Assembly (NCBI GenBank): GCA_037379345.1
Contig: CM074516.1
Coordinates: 42,383,626-42,447,625 of the forward strand
DNA length: 64,000 nt
DNA from: Perna viridis
Taxonomy: Eukaryota
Direction: 5' to 3'
The translations under genes and the position numbers were made by a program. The notes below the pieces were generated by a model that saw only the letters and a list, made by a program, of their open reading frames with translations, did no database searches and was not told the origin of the DNA. Shown one piece after another: positions 50,341 through 62,518 of this stretch (the stretch's first letter is position 1; every line of letters begins with the position of its first letter).

Positions 50341-53300
50341 GATAAAGTATTAATTTCTATTTTTATACTGCCAGTAGTGCAGTACTGGTCAGACAGGATT
50401 CTCAGGGAATAAGCAGTAGCCCATGGCTCCCAGATTTAAAGCTGGGCCACCAAATTTCAGGGTAAAATTTAGTTGAATATATAGAAAATATGGAACAAAT
50501 ATATAGTCTGGGCTACCAGCTTTCATTTCCTAATTTTTAGCCCTGATTCTGATGATAGTCTCCCATGGCGCCATAATTATTTGGACTCGTCAGACAGTTG
50601 ATTTTACCACTTTCATGATAGAAGTAATTCTCACCAATCTTCTTCTCAAATTTGTAACATGAGACAGGTGATACCTGAAATGCTATGGAAGAAACAGTTA
50701 TAGTGGGTTAACCTCACTCTGGTGGTCAAAATACAAATCCTCCATTAAAAATTCACATCATCAATTGATGGACATGTTTTGTTTCTATACAGATAGCCTG
50801 GATATCTATAAAATGTCAAAAAAAATTATGATGATTTGAAATGCTGACCTACTGTAGGAATGCAGGTCTTTTTCCAGGATTTTGAAAGTTGTCACTTTCA
50901 TGTGAGAAAATGAGGACCATTTTTATGGTATATTTTTTTAAAGTACATGTAGTAGATAAAACATCTGATAATATGGAGTAGGCATTGCCTAAATTAGTGA
51001 GCACCATGAGCTTTACCATACGTGTAGCATCTGTGAGACACTTAAAAATAATAAAGGGCATCAAAAACCTCTTTGCAAAAGGGGTAGGGTTCTGATGAGA
51101 ATTTTTGTTTTATAAGTGTAATATTTTTATTGATATTTCAACAGCAAGCAACATCAATATTTTTATTTGAAAATCTGCCTTGTTAAATAATGGGGGAATT
51201 TTTTTTATTATTATTTTTCAATGAATGAGTAAAATGTTTTTCCAAAATCCCAGCCCCATCCCCTGTCCCACACTTTCAAAATGGTTGATAACTTTGTAGC
51301 ACTTCACCATACTTCACATTTTTCAACCTTTAAGAGCATCTCTAGCAACATCCTTTTTAGTTTTAGGGGGTCAGATTAATTTATACAGATACCGCAAATA
51401 TTACAGTCTTCCAAGGATGGTGGGAATATTTTACAGATATCATGTGTTGTAAATAAAATTCAGATGCAAATGACAGCTGCAAATTCCAAAAAGAAAACAA
51501 TTGCCTTCCTATTTTAGAAAAGCTATGTTTTGATTTGGATAATACATTAAGTGTTATGTTTTCCAGAGGCGGGTTGGGTTCTTGACAATACCTGTAACTA
51601 AAAAAACGAAGTGATACCTGAGTAGTGACCAAATTACCTGCATTAGTTAACACTCAAGTTTGATGTACAAAAATAAATGAAAAATAACTGTTTATGTCAT
51701 TTTGTTACAAAGTTAACAAGAAGTAAAGGAATTTTCCCAGCAGAAATTTTTACCAGCATTTTCATAGACCTTTAATCATGTGCATTAAAGTCAGGCTTGA
51801 GGTGATCAAGAGCTTGACACTTACTCCACTGTCTATCACATGAATGATTAGTGTGATTGTTAGCACAAAATGTTGACACCTTTTGAGTCTTGTATACAAT
51901 CAGGGGTAATGAAATTGTCATTTTCGTCACTTGAACCGGTGATGAGCTTATAGCTCTTAATGTTTTTTGTACTTTCAAAGATAGATGAGACTAGATTATT
52001 TTTGTCATCCCGAAAAATTTTTTGTCAATGATGAAAATGGCATGTGCTAGAAAAATCACTGTACATTCAATCTATATTGAACTATGCTGTTGCTTTTTGG
52101 CTGCAGATCAATGATTTCTTTTTTTTAAAACTTACCTATTATATTTGAGAACTACTGGAAATTTGGAAACATTGAGATATACATGTGACCAACTAAAGTT
52201 TTCTTGAGTCTACATATTTCATGCCATACATGAAATCTCATTTCCGGCAGTAAATTTTTGAGCAGGGCTTTGTATTCCAAATCTGTCATCTACCAAATTA
52301 CCAGCTTTTCTGGCAAACATCATGATTAACTAGACTCGTTGAAGGGAAGAATTAAGATGCAAGCTTCATATTTTTTAGTTTTATGTAATGTAAATTGTAG
52401 CCATTACAATATTCTGCAAAAATTTTTTTGCAATTCTTTTGAGTTTTTCCTTAGCAATGGAATCATTTAATATGTGATAGAGATACTATGAAATGTCTTA
52501 TAAAAATCTTGTCTGGAGTGAAGCACATGTATTTTTTAAGGTTGATCAGTTATTTTAGATTGATTTTTTTGGGTGTCAGTTAAGCCAAAAAGCATACATG
52601 AATTTCATCAATTTCCAGATGCAAGTTGGTTGGAGAATGTTTATGTCAATTTACCAGCAGTGAAAAGGAGGGCGGAAACTTTAGGAACCAGGAGATGTGT
52701 GAAGAAACAGTGGCAAGTGAGTCATTACAGAAATTAGACATTTCATATTCATTTTGTTCTAATATAATATGTTAAGATTTTGAAGAGAAAAAAACCAAAA
52801 AACAATGACATAATGTGGAAAAAAATTGAAAGTTTTATGCCATAATTAAAATTAAGTTTGTTTCCCCTTATCCTACCTACCCTTAAAAATTGGCCTTTCC
52901 CAGATAACTTTATTGCCATTCTCTGACAAAATTCTAAAATTTTCAAAGCAACATTTTTTCATTTCCTTGATCATGGTTTTTATAGCATCATATGAACTTT
53001 GGGTATTTTTTAAAAATATTTTTCCCCTACTTTCCTACCCAAAGCAGGAGCTGTTGTTAGGTAAGGGGAAGTGAACATTATTTTAAGTGTGGCTTTAGAA
53101 GATTTTCTTTTTATTCTATTTTTTAAGACAAGTTTCATTTCATATAAGCCAAATATGGAAGAATAACCTTAATTGAAGAATAAGAAATTATCATTAATTG
53201 TGTTTAATTTCTATTGTTTAGTCTGCCTGGTTGCTTAGAGCTGTTACATGTATAGATCTGACTACTTTATCTGGAGATGATACTGCTAGTAATGTTAAAC

Positions 53301-56300
53301 GTCTGTGTTTCAAAGCCAAAAACCCTGTCAGAGATGACCTCATTAAGGGTCTACAAATGGAAAATGAAGGTATGAATTTTACGAAATGAAATTATTTTTA
53401 TTCATTATGCAATATGTAGAAAGATATCTGTTTATGGTATTCAGTTGTAGGCATGATGATTTGAAATATTACAAATATGAATAATGTTTAAAACTTATTA
53501 ATTTAAACCTGAAAATACAAGTATTGATTCCCTCCATGTAGTATTTTAATTAGTATATGTATGAGTGAAGGTCTGGTGTTATTTTTTTTTTTAATTCCCA
53601 TTGTCAACTTTCCATTTTCAGGTATAACAGTAGGAGCAGTTTGTGTGTATCCAAACAGAGTTGTTGATGCTGTAAAAGCCCTGAAAGCAGCAAATGCTTC
53701 ACATATACCTATAGCTTCTGGTAAGGGATGATATGCTCCAACTCTTGTTGTTTGTTTGTCCATTTGTTGGGGTTTAACACACGAGCAGCAATATTTCAGC
53801 TATATTCAGGCGATGAACATGAAGTGGATGATAAAATGAATATGAAATGATAAATGGGATGGGACATAAGGATAATGGGGTCGACAAATTTTGATTGCCA
53901 CTGAAAAAAGGGGAGAAGTGGGTAGGGTCAGCAATTTAGCCTCCTGTGGCGGAGCCCTATGGTTCCTACTCCAGGAGAATACCACAGTAGGGTTCTTTAA
54001 CATGCGAGGAACGTGGCATCTTCCCAACACGGTGCACCACTATGGTTTGCGGTGAGGTTTTCCGTATTATAGCCTGACAACTCCAGCATGTAACACATCA
54101 GGGTTTCTCCATTCTACCACCTGGGGCACACAACCCAGTTGCTCTGTGGGCAGAGTGCCCTAGCCCCCGGCTAAGGTTCTGAGCACTATTTAGTTGCCTT
54201 TTACGACAAGCTTAGCGCTGCTGCAGGCCTATTCTTTTGACACTCGGACCTGCCCAGGGTTCAACTCTTGTTGTAATGGGCTTATATCTACGGTAGATAG
54301 GAAGAAATTTTCTTTTGATGAGGTTTTCCATATATCAAGGACAACAAGTCTTTATTAGGCAGTCAAAATTATGTGCCATCTCCTTACAGAAGTTATTGTC
54401 CTAAGAGGTCATTTATTTTGATTTTTGTTGTGTTTGGCTTCTATATTAAAAAACATAATGGATAGAAATTAACTTTCAATTGATGAAATGTCCTTATGAA
54501 AAGAATTACAGAAGTTTCATTTCAGTTTAAGTTGTACAACAATTCTTTGAAACAGTTGAGAGGGTACGTGTGTCCATTTTAGTTATCATGAAGACTTAGA
54601 GAGTGTTGGTGCATGACATGTTCATACATCACACCTGGTAAGTGATCTAAAGGCTATATTTCTCAACAGATGAAATATGAAGCAAAGTTACTGCCATAAT
54701 CTCTCAAATAAGGTTGAAACTAACAATGTCTGGCAAATACCATGTATTATAAAGTTATTAGGTTTCTTCAAAATTTGTTTTGAAAGTTCTTCTACTTGTC
54801 AGGGAAGTTGTGGGTTCAATCAATGGCTGAGTCACATTATAGACTTACTTCAAAATGAGTACTCACTGCTTATCTACCAGGCCTGTGGTCAGAATTACGT
54901 GTCTGAATGGGATGACGTGTTTTCCCTTGGTGTGGCAGACAGGTACAAAGCAAGGTCTTACAAATACTTGCAATTTTCTGTTTTAGTGGCGACAGGATTT
55001 CCTACAGGACAGACACCATTAAAGACGAGACTTGAGGAGATCAGAACTGCTGTTGCTGATGGGGCTACTGAAATAGATATTGTTATCAACAGGGACTATG
55101 CATTGACTGGAAACTGGAGAGGTAATAAATACAAACAAAAGCAATAATGACATTGGTGATATTTCCACTGCACTAGCATCCTAAATGTCGAGTAATAATT
55201 TATTTTTGTGAAGAAAAGGTGTGAACAAAAAATAGTTTTAGCTTGGTGCACATGATACAATTTGTCTTATATGAGTTTTGTTCTATGTAACAAATATTCT
55301 CAAATCCATAGTAACAAAACCATGACCACACTTCAGAATCTAACTAATAAAGAAATATAACAAGACAAAGACAAATCAATCACCTCTTGACAGGCATCTG
55401 TGGTGGGGTTAAAGTAGTTCTATAAGGCTTTAACCATTGCCCTAAAATATAAGGTCAAAAATGAACTGAAACAACAAACACTCAATAATATATCCAATTC
55501 TCTCCATGAAATACCTCAATATACATCATATAAACAAAATGATATACCCACTTAAGAAAGCTCCCATTTACAGGAAACTAAAAAATAGTTAAAAGGGAAA
55601 ATGGTTGGTTTATAGTAAGTCTACATGTATGTTATGGGCATTATGATAAGAATGAATAATGTTCATGTTGTTTATAGTAATACATGTTGTATTTGACTAC
55701 AGGTGTTTATGATGAATACATGTCCATTTTGTTTATAGTAATACATGTTGTATTTGACTACAGGTGTTTATGATGAATACATGACCATGACCTTTATTAT
55801 AGTAATACGTGTTGTATTTGACTGCAGGTGTTTATGATGAATACATGTCCATGTTCTTTATAGTAATACATATTGTATTTGACTACAGGTGTTTATGATG
55901 AAAACATATTGTATTTGACTACAGGTGTTCATGATGAATACATGACCATGACCTTTATAGTAATACATGTTGTATTTGACTACAGGTGTTTATGATGAAT
56001 ACATGTTGTATTTGACTACAGGTGTTTATGATGAATACATGACCATGAACTTTATAGTAATACATATTGTATTTGACTACAGGTGTTCATGATGAATACA
56101 TGACCATGTTCTTTATAGTAATACATGTTGTATTTGACTACAGGTGTTCATGATGAAAACATGTCCATTTTGTTTATAGTAATACATGTTGTATTTGACT
56201 ACAAGTGTTTATGATGAATACATGACAATGACCTTTATAGTAATACATGTTGTATTTGACTACAGGTGTTTATGATGAATACATGTCCATGTTCTTTATA

Positions 56301-59173
56301 GTAATACATGTTGTATTTGACTACAGGTGTTCATGATGAAAACATGTCCATTTTGTTTATAGTAATACTTGTTGTATTTGACTACAAGTCTTTATGATGA
56401 ATACATGACCATGACCTTTATAGTAATACATGTTGTATTTGACTACAGGTGTTTATGATGAATACATGACCATGACCTTTATAGTAATACATGTTGTATT
56501 TGACTACAGGTGTTTATGATGAATACATGTCGTATTTAACTACAGATGATTATGATGAATACATGACCATGATCTTTATAGTAATACATGTTGTATTTGA
56601 CTACAAGTGTTAATGATGAATACATGTTGTATTTAACTACAGGTGTTAATGATGAATACATGTTGTATTTGACTACAGGTGTTTATGAAGAAGTTAAAGC
56701 CATGAGAGAAGCTTGTGGAGAGGCCCATCTGAAAACAATTTTAGCTACAGGGGAGCTTGGAAATATGGTTAATGTCTATAAAGCCAGTTTAGTCTGTATG
56801 ATGGCTGGTAGGTTTTAAATGGACTTACCTGTCAACATTGTCAGTTTAGTCTGTATGATGGCTGGTAGGTTTTAAATGGACTTACTTGTCAACATTGTCA
56901 GTTTAGTCTGTATGATGGCTGGTAGGTTTTAAAGTGGTTAATGTCTATAAAGCCAGTTTAGTCTGTATTATGGCAGGTAGGTTTTAAAGTGGTTAATGTC
57001 TATAAAGCCAGTTTAGTCTGTATGATGGCTGTATTGATTTAGTAAGGGATATTTGCATGGATATCTTTTGATTATTTGTTGGTGCAATAATTACAGATTA
57101 TTACTGATAGTACATATTGTTTAAAATCAATAATTAAGTTGAAATGCTATCCATGTGTTCTTGTGTCTTACGGATGTTATAGCATAATGCAAGCAAAATA
57201 TTGAAATGATTGTTAATCATGTTAATCATAAAACACAACTAACTCATATCTGTTACCGGGTAACCCTTTCTCATTGGGAGGTGATTGATTTTTGGGGTTT
57301 AATGTCCGAGCAGCAATATTTCAGCTATATTCAGACGATGAACATGAAAGTGGTGATAAAATGACCATGAATCGATGAATGAAAAAAGGGATGGGACACA
57401 AGGATAATGGGGTCGACAAATTTTGATTGCCACAAGATAAAAGGGGGATGGGTAGGGTTGGGCAATTTAGCCTCCTGTGGCGTAGCGCAAAGGTTCCTAC
57501 TCCATCAAATACCACAGCAGGGTTCTTTAACGTGCGAGGAACGTGGCATCTTTCCCAACATGGTGCACTACTATGGTTTGCAGTGAGGTTTTCCGTATTA
57601 TAGCCTGACAGCCCCAGCATGAAACACGCCAGGGGTACCCCATTCCACCACCTGGGGCACACATCCCAGTTGCTCTTTGGGCAGAGCGCCTAGCCCCCGG
57701 CTAGGTTTCTAAGCACTATTTAGTCGTCATTTACGACAAGCTTAGCGCTTCTGCAGGCCTATTCATTAGACACCCGGACCTGCATGGAGTGATTTTGTAA
57801 TATTAAAAATTCATTATTTAATATTTCAAAATATTGATTTTTGTCCACTTTAGCTTGCCATACACATGCAATTGCTCTACATGTCACAGTAATAATTAGG
57901 CAATAAACAACAAAGTTTTATTATGAAAATAATCAACACAAGGAACCACCACATGTTATGGAATTTCATTTAATATATGTTTAGTTTTGTTCCTATGCTT
58001 TTATTTCCATGTGTTAGTGTTCAAATTTTGTAACAAGTACATAAAAGCCTAAGAACAAAATATGACATTTATCAAAATAAAAAAATAAACAGTCAACAAA
58101 GTTTATCAGCATTAGTCTAGAAATAGATCTGGTGGGAATCATGGGGAGCTCCTTGATTTGGTTTGAGACCAAATCAGTTATGATTCATTATATATCATAT
58201 ATCTTGATTTCAAATTCATATATTTTAAACAAAACTGGAGCAAATATTGCAGACTTAATCCCATATTTTCAAGTCAAAATTTAAATCTCAAAAAGGCTAA
58301 CATCCAGGAGTTTCCGGGAGACTTTGCCCCCAGCCCTTCAACATCAAATTAAATTGCTTTATTTTAGTTTGATGTTTTGACATAGAATATGTTATGCACT
58401 TAAATGTATAATTTGTCTTTAGGTGCTGACTTCATAAAGACATCAACTGGTAAAGAAGGAGTAAATGCCATATTTCCTGTTGCCTTGGTGATGGTCAGGG
58501 CCATCAGGGAATTCTATCAAAGGACAGGTTACAAGGTTATTCTTGTTATAGATACCATATAGGGGAAATGGCTGACACAGAGAGATCAGTTACATGTCCC
58601 TATCAAATTATTTGAAATTTTGCAACCAGTAAAATATATTTTGGACATATCATACTGATACTATCATCACATGAAGGCTCATATCTCACCCTGTATTTCT
58701 TTATATTTTATGTACTAAGCATTCATAAGTTGTTTCAGACTTGAAATACCAACCAATATATGTTTTTCACTGATTAATTTGTGCACAACTTTTCTATTGA
58801 AAAACAATGCAATTGTCACTTGCATAAGCTGGGTTAGGTGTTTATTCCTTTACTGTGGGTTGACCATGCATGTTTCCGTCTGCCTGTAACTGTTGAATTA
58901 CTGCAGTCATTCAGTTGAATTATTCAGATTTGAAAATACCTTTAAAATATTTACTTTGTTTGTCAGGTTGGGTTTAAGCCAGCAGGAGGAATAAGAAGTG
59001 CCAAGGATGCCTGTACTTGGTTGATACTAATGAAAGAAGAACTTGGTAATGAATGGCTAAATGCCAAGATGTTTCGACTAGGTGCTAGCTCTCTCTTGAT
59101 TGACATAGAGCGACAGCTGTTTCATCAGGTTTATGGTCGCTATGCTGCAACACATGAAATTCCAATGTCATAG
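50020..59173 (+). CDS. DERA: Deoxyribose-phosphate aldolase, 8 exons, 319 aa
   Basis: Exons 50020-50050, 52619-52716, 53222-53369, 53622-53720, 54987-55121, 56679-56807, 58423-58535, 58967-59173 (960 nt, phases consistent). Motifs: IDLTTLSGDDT, AVCVYP, VATGFPTGQ, DGATEIDIVINR, HLKTILATGEL, GADFIKTSTGK (Schiff-base Lys), GFKPAGGIR, FRLGASSLL. Ends HEIPMS*. Confidence 0.96.
52837..53097. mobile_element. MITE in DERA intron 2
   Basis: Left gccataattaaaattaagtttgtttcccctta versus reverse complement of right gccacacttaaaataatgttcacttcccctta. Confidence 0.55.
53752..54261 (-). mobile_element. About 510-bp non-autonomous retroposon (SINE-like, no tRNA head), copy A, antisense in DERA intron 4
   Basis: 13-bp TSD caactcttgttgt at 53739-53751 and 54262-54274. 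The - strand 3' tail ...aatatagctgaaatattgctgctcg...ttaaacccc(aaac)n is a molluscan retroposon-type tail. Colinear with copy B. Confidence 0.85.
55660..56692 (+). repeat. Minisatellite made of the DERA exon-6 splice acceptor; 19 units of 61 or 36 bp
   Basis: Core tacatgttgtatttgactacag|gtgtttatgatgaa. The last copy (cag 56676-56678) is the one in frame with exon 6. Confidence 0.95.
56766..57036 (+). repeat. Minisatellite made of the DERA exon-6 splice donor; about 5 units of 55-57 bp
   Basis: Core cagtttagtctgtatgatggctg|gtaggttttaaa. GT at 56808, 56865, 56922, 56977 and a partial copy at 57031. Confidence 0.93.
57287..57788 (-). mobile_element. About 500-bp non-autonomous retroposon, copy B, antisense in DERA intron 6
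   Basis: Colinear with 53752-54261 over its full length. Possible short TSD gtgatt at 57281-57286 and 57789-57794. Confidence 0.85.
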
Positions 59174-59594
59174 ACAAAAGATACTGAAGAAATAAAAGTA
59201 TGGTTGTGAAATGTGTCATGTGTTGAGGAAGGTTGAGGCAGCACTTTACAACTGACCTAGTTTGTTGAATCTAGTCTTGTTGACAATCCATGAATTGAAA
59301 TAATATTATCTGGGTATAAAATCTCTTAATTGATATCAATTATGAATGCTGTGTAGTACTTGTATTGTTTTCTAACTTACCCCTGCAAAGTGTTTGTATC
59401 TTTTGTTGGGCACTTTATTGTATAAACCACTAACATTTTTTTTGTACCTGCAAGGCTTTATATCATTAGTCACTTAATTTTTTGTATCAGTAATTTCCTG
59501 ATTTAATGATGTCTGTTGAGATGCATCTCTCCGACACAAGAATTACTGTTCACCTGCTTTAATTATTTTAGTAGTTTTTATAAAAATCAGTCAG

Positions 59595-59918
59595 AAGGTG
59601 ATTCATGCATGTCAGAAACCCACCTAAGTCACTTTTATTTCTTTATCAGAACAGGTCATATAACCAGGTTTGTAATTCAGTTGTTGCACTGATGAGATAA
59701 AAACTATATACATGAAAATGTGAATGAAATTGGTACTTAGCAAGAGTTATCATTCTTGATTTTCTTTGATTTGGTTGAATCAGTGGGGAATGAATGCATG
59801 TTTTCTAAAAAATACAGATCAAAATGCAGAAAGGACTATCGTGACATGAAAATATAATATGTAGAACAACAAAGCATTATTTGTTCCATTGTTTTTTTTT
59901 ACAGTATGAATCTCCCCT
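59595..59918. mobile_element. MITE copy 2 (homologous to 5306-5636), in the presumed DERA 3' UTR
   Basis: aaggtgattcatgc...gtatgaatctcccct termini. Internal blocks tgagataaaaa.tatata, tgaaattgg.actt.gcaagagttatc and aaagcattatttgtt are shared with copy 1. Confidence 0.6.
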
Positions 59919-60277
59919 ACCATAGACAGTGTTATATATGGAATGGTTCCTAACTGTTAGATTGTTAAGGATTAAAAAATTGTCACTACATGTATTTGTT
60001 TTAGATGTATATGATGTCATTTATTAGGTCGTGTATAATCAGACAAAATCATGGTAGATATATAAAGGTTAAGCTTTATATACAATATATCCTAGTTAAA
60101 ATGTATGTTTATGGGTTGAGGATATATATGTTGAGGAAATATATTATATTCAGGTATGCATGCACATGTAGGTACTTTTTTAACTCTTTACTTGCAGTAT
60201 GATTTAGAATACTCTTTCATAGGAGAAAATCTCTGTTATAGATTTGTTTTGTCACAAATTAATTAAAACATTCTGTC

Positions 60278-60283
60278 AATAAA
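60278..60283 (+). terminator. Candidate DERA polyadenylation signal AATAAA
   Basis: Motif about 1.1 kb after the stop codon, followed by GT-rich sequence. Unverified. Confidence 0.3.
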
Positions 60284-60569
60284 TAAGATTATCTTGGTGA
60301 AGTATTGTTTGACTGTTGGATGTTATTATACCCTCCATAGGAGATGTATGACAATCACCTTGTCTCTCCATGTATCTTCTAGGTATTGACTCCTTTTGAA
60401 TTCTTCAGTGCTTTCTTAGAAAATTTATAGATGTACACGAACATGATAATTGGTGGATGCTTGTTTAAGGAGATACTTCAACTGAATAAGTGTTGAACTA
60501 TGGACGTTCAACACTTTATTTTTCACTGGAAATATGAAAAACTATGAAAAAAAGATAGCATTCTTCCAG

Positions 60570-60771
60570 AGGACGCTTACCCTACCGGTGCACCTGGTCC
60601 ATACTCTTAGTTTTTAGTGGAGTCCGAGTTGCTCATTTACTTTTGTTACTTTGTATGTATGATTTTAGTTACTTTATGTTCTTTGTTGTATATGTCTGTT
60701 TTCCATGTCTGGTCTTTGTCCCTGGATTACATTCTTTTGATTACCGCTATAACCTTGGTTCCCTTGATTAC
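60570..60771 (+). mobile_element. 5'-truncated copy of the Penelope-like element 3' UTR
   Basis: Near-identical to about 360-565. Flanked by the direct repeat tcttccag at 60562-60569 and 60772-60779 (TSD). Confidence 0.85.
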
Positions 60772-62518
60772 TCTTCCAGTAAGACATACATTCTAACAAA
60801 AAAAATTAAAATAACCACAGCTATTTAATTATGTTTTATTATTTGATGATATTGTGTTACTATTTAGTCTGAAATTGTTATCTTCTACAAAACATAGTTT
60901 CTAAATTATAACATGATAGCTTTCAAAAAAAGGGTGTATTGTCAGAAGTTAAAGAGCAATGGAGTTCAAACCACTAAGTCTCACTTTTCTATACATGCCT
61001 TGTCAGTTTCACCATTTTCAGACTTAATGTAGGGTTTTTTTTTTCAATTTTATACCATGGAATTTAGACTTTCTCTCTCACAATATCCTGTGACTGTGTG
61101 GCCTAAATTGACAAGGAAGGCTGTAAATAAGATTTCCTTAATATGATGACTTTATGACATGAACTGTATTGACTAAGTCTTCAATCCTGTCTTTGTACAA
61201 CTGTTGATATGAAGACTTCAGGGTATTGATAAAAATGAAGGAAAAATGAAGGAAAAAAAGATTTAAAACAAGTTTCATTAGAAATAAGCTCCTTTAATAC
61301 ATTGGTCCAATTAAAAATAAGTCTAGACAAACATAGATTACATATATCACAGTAAAATGGAATTCATAACAAGAACATTGCAGTATTGCACATGTACAGC
61401 AGCTAATGAAAAGATAACATAATTTAAACATATACACTATAGAATTGTTCCACTTAATCAAAAGCATACATAGACAACAATGTCAATCAGAGAGACACAG
61501 GAATATCAAAAAAACCACTAAAGTCATGTTTATTTCTAATTCAGAAACAGTTACAAACCACATACCCAATTTGTTGTTCGACAGTTGCACTTTTGTGACT
61601 ACTTGGAGTTGCACATTTTGTCATGCTAGATATACCACCACTCATATCAGAAGGTTAAGGGTAACGAAGTTATCCCCATCAGACCAAATTTTAAATAAAT
61701 CCATCTATCTGCTGCTGAGATTTTTCTCTATCATTCCATATAGTGAAAAATGGCAAGGCCCTATGAGACAGGTAGTTGATATCTGACCACAATCCATATT
61801 GCTTCCAATGTATGCCTCATTTATATAAAGATACAGACCAAATTTGAAATAAATCCATCCATTGGGAGCTGAGATTTTTCTTTGTGACGAAAATTTCCTC
61901 AATCATTACATCTAAAGCAAAAAATTTTTGCTTTGTATGACAAAATTATATTTTTTTCCATACAAAGCAAACAGGAAGTTGATACCAGACAGCACCCAAA
62001 TTCACTTACAATGTATGCCACATCTATATAAAGCCACACACCAAATTTGAAATCAATTCATCCACCTCGTTGAGTTGGGGTATAAAATTGATACACATAT
62101 AAAGTGTTTATGAAATTGAAACTTCGTTAGAGTTATCATTTGTTTGGTTGGCTTTTCTACACCTGGTATCACCTGTACCATTTGCAGTGTCTTAATTTAT
62201 GGTCCCCATAGTCCATTATTTAACTATTATGACAAATTTTACACTAATTTTTTTTATAAACAAAAATAATTTTCAGATCTAATTACCTGTATACAAAAAT
62301 ACAATGTTGTACAGTCTACTTATAACATGATATGTCTAACAACTTTAAGGCACCAATTTCTTTAAAAAAAATACTTGATACTTGAACAAACTTATGTATA
62401 TTATGTACCTGGCATGTTATTTTAAATTTTTTCCTTTGTCACATGAACTGATATTAGAAATTTTAAAGAATTTATCTACAAATTCAGATATAACAAACAA
62501 AGCATAAAAAATATCCTA

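Noticed and set aside
51090-51110. CTGATGAG hammerhead-like core (also at about 29018)
   Set aside because: No flanking stems or correctly placed GAAA; the 29018 instance is transposase coding sequence (SDE).
54677-54986. 5' extension of ORF 54677-55147
   Set aside because: Intronic read-through upstream of the DERA exon-5 acceptor (ttttag ending 54986); only 54987-55121 matches DERA.
53806-57662. Similar - strand ORFs 53806-54030 and 57321-57662
   Set aside because: They are similar only because they lie in two copies of the same retroposon; the frames are not preserved between copies.
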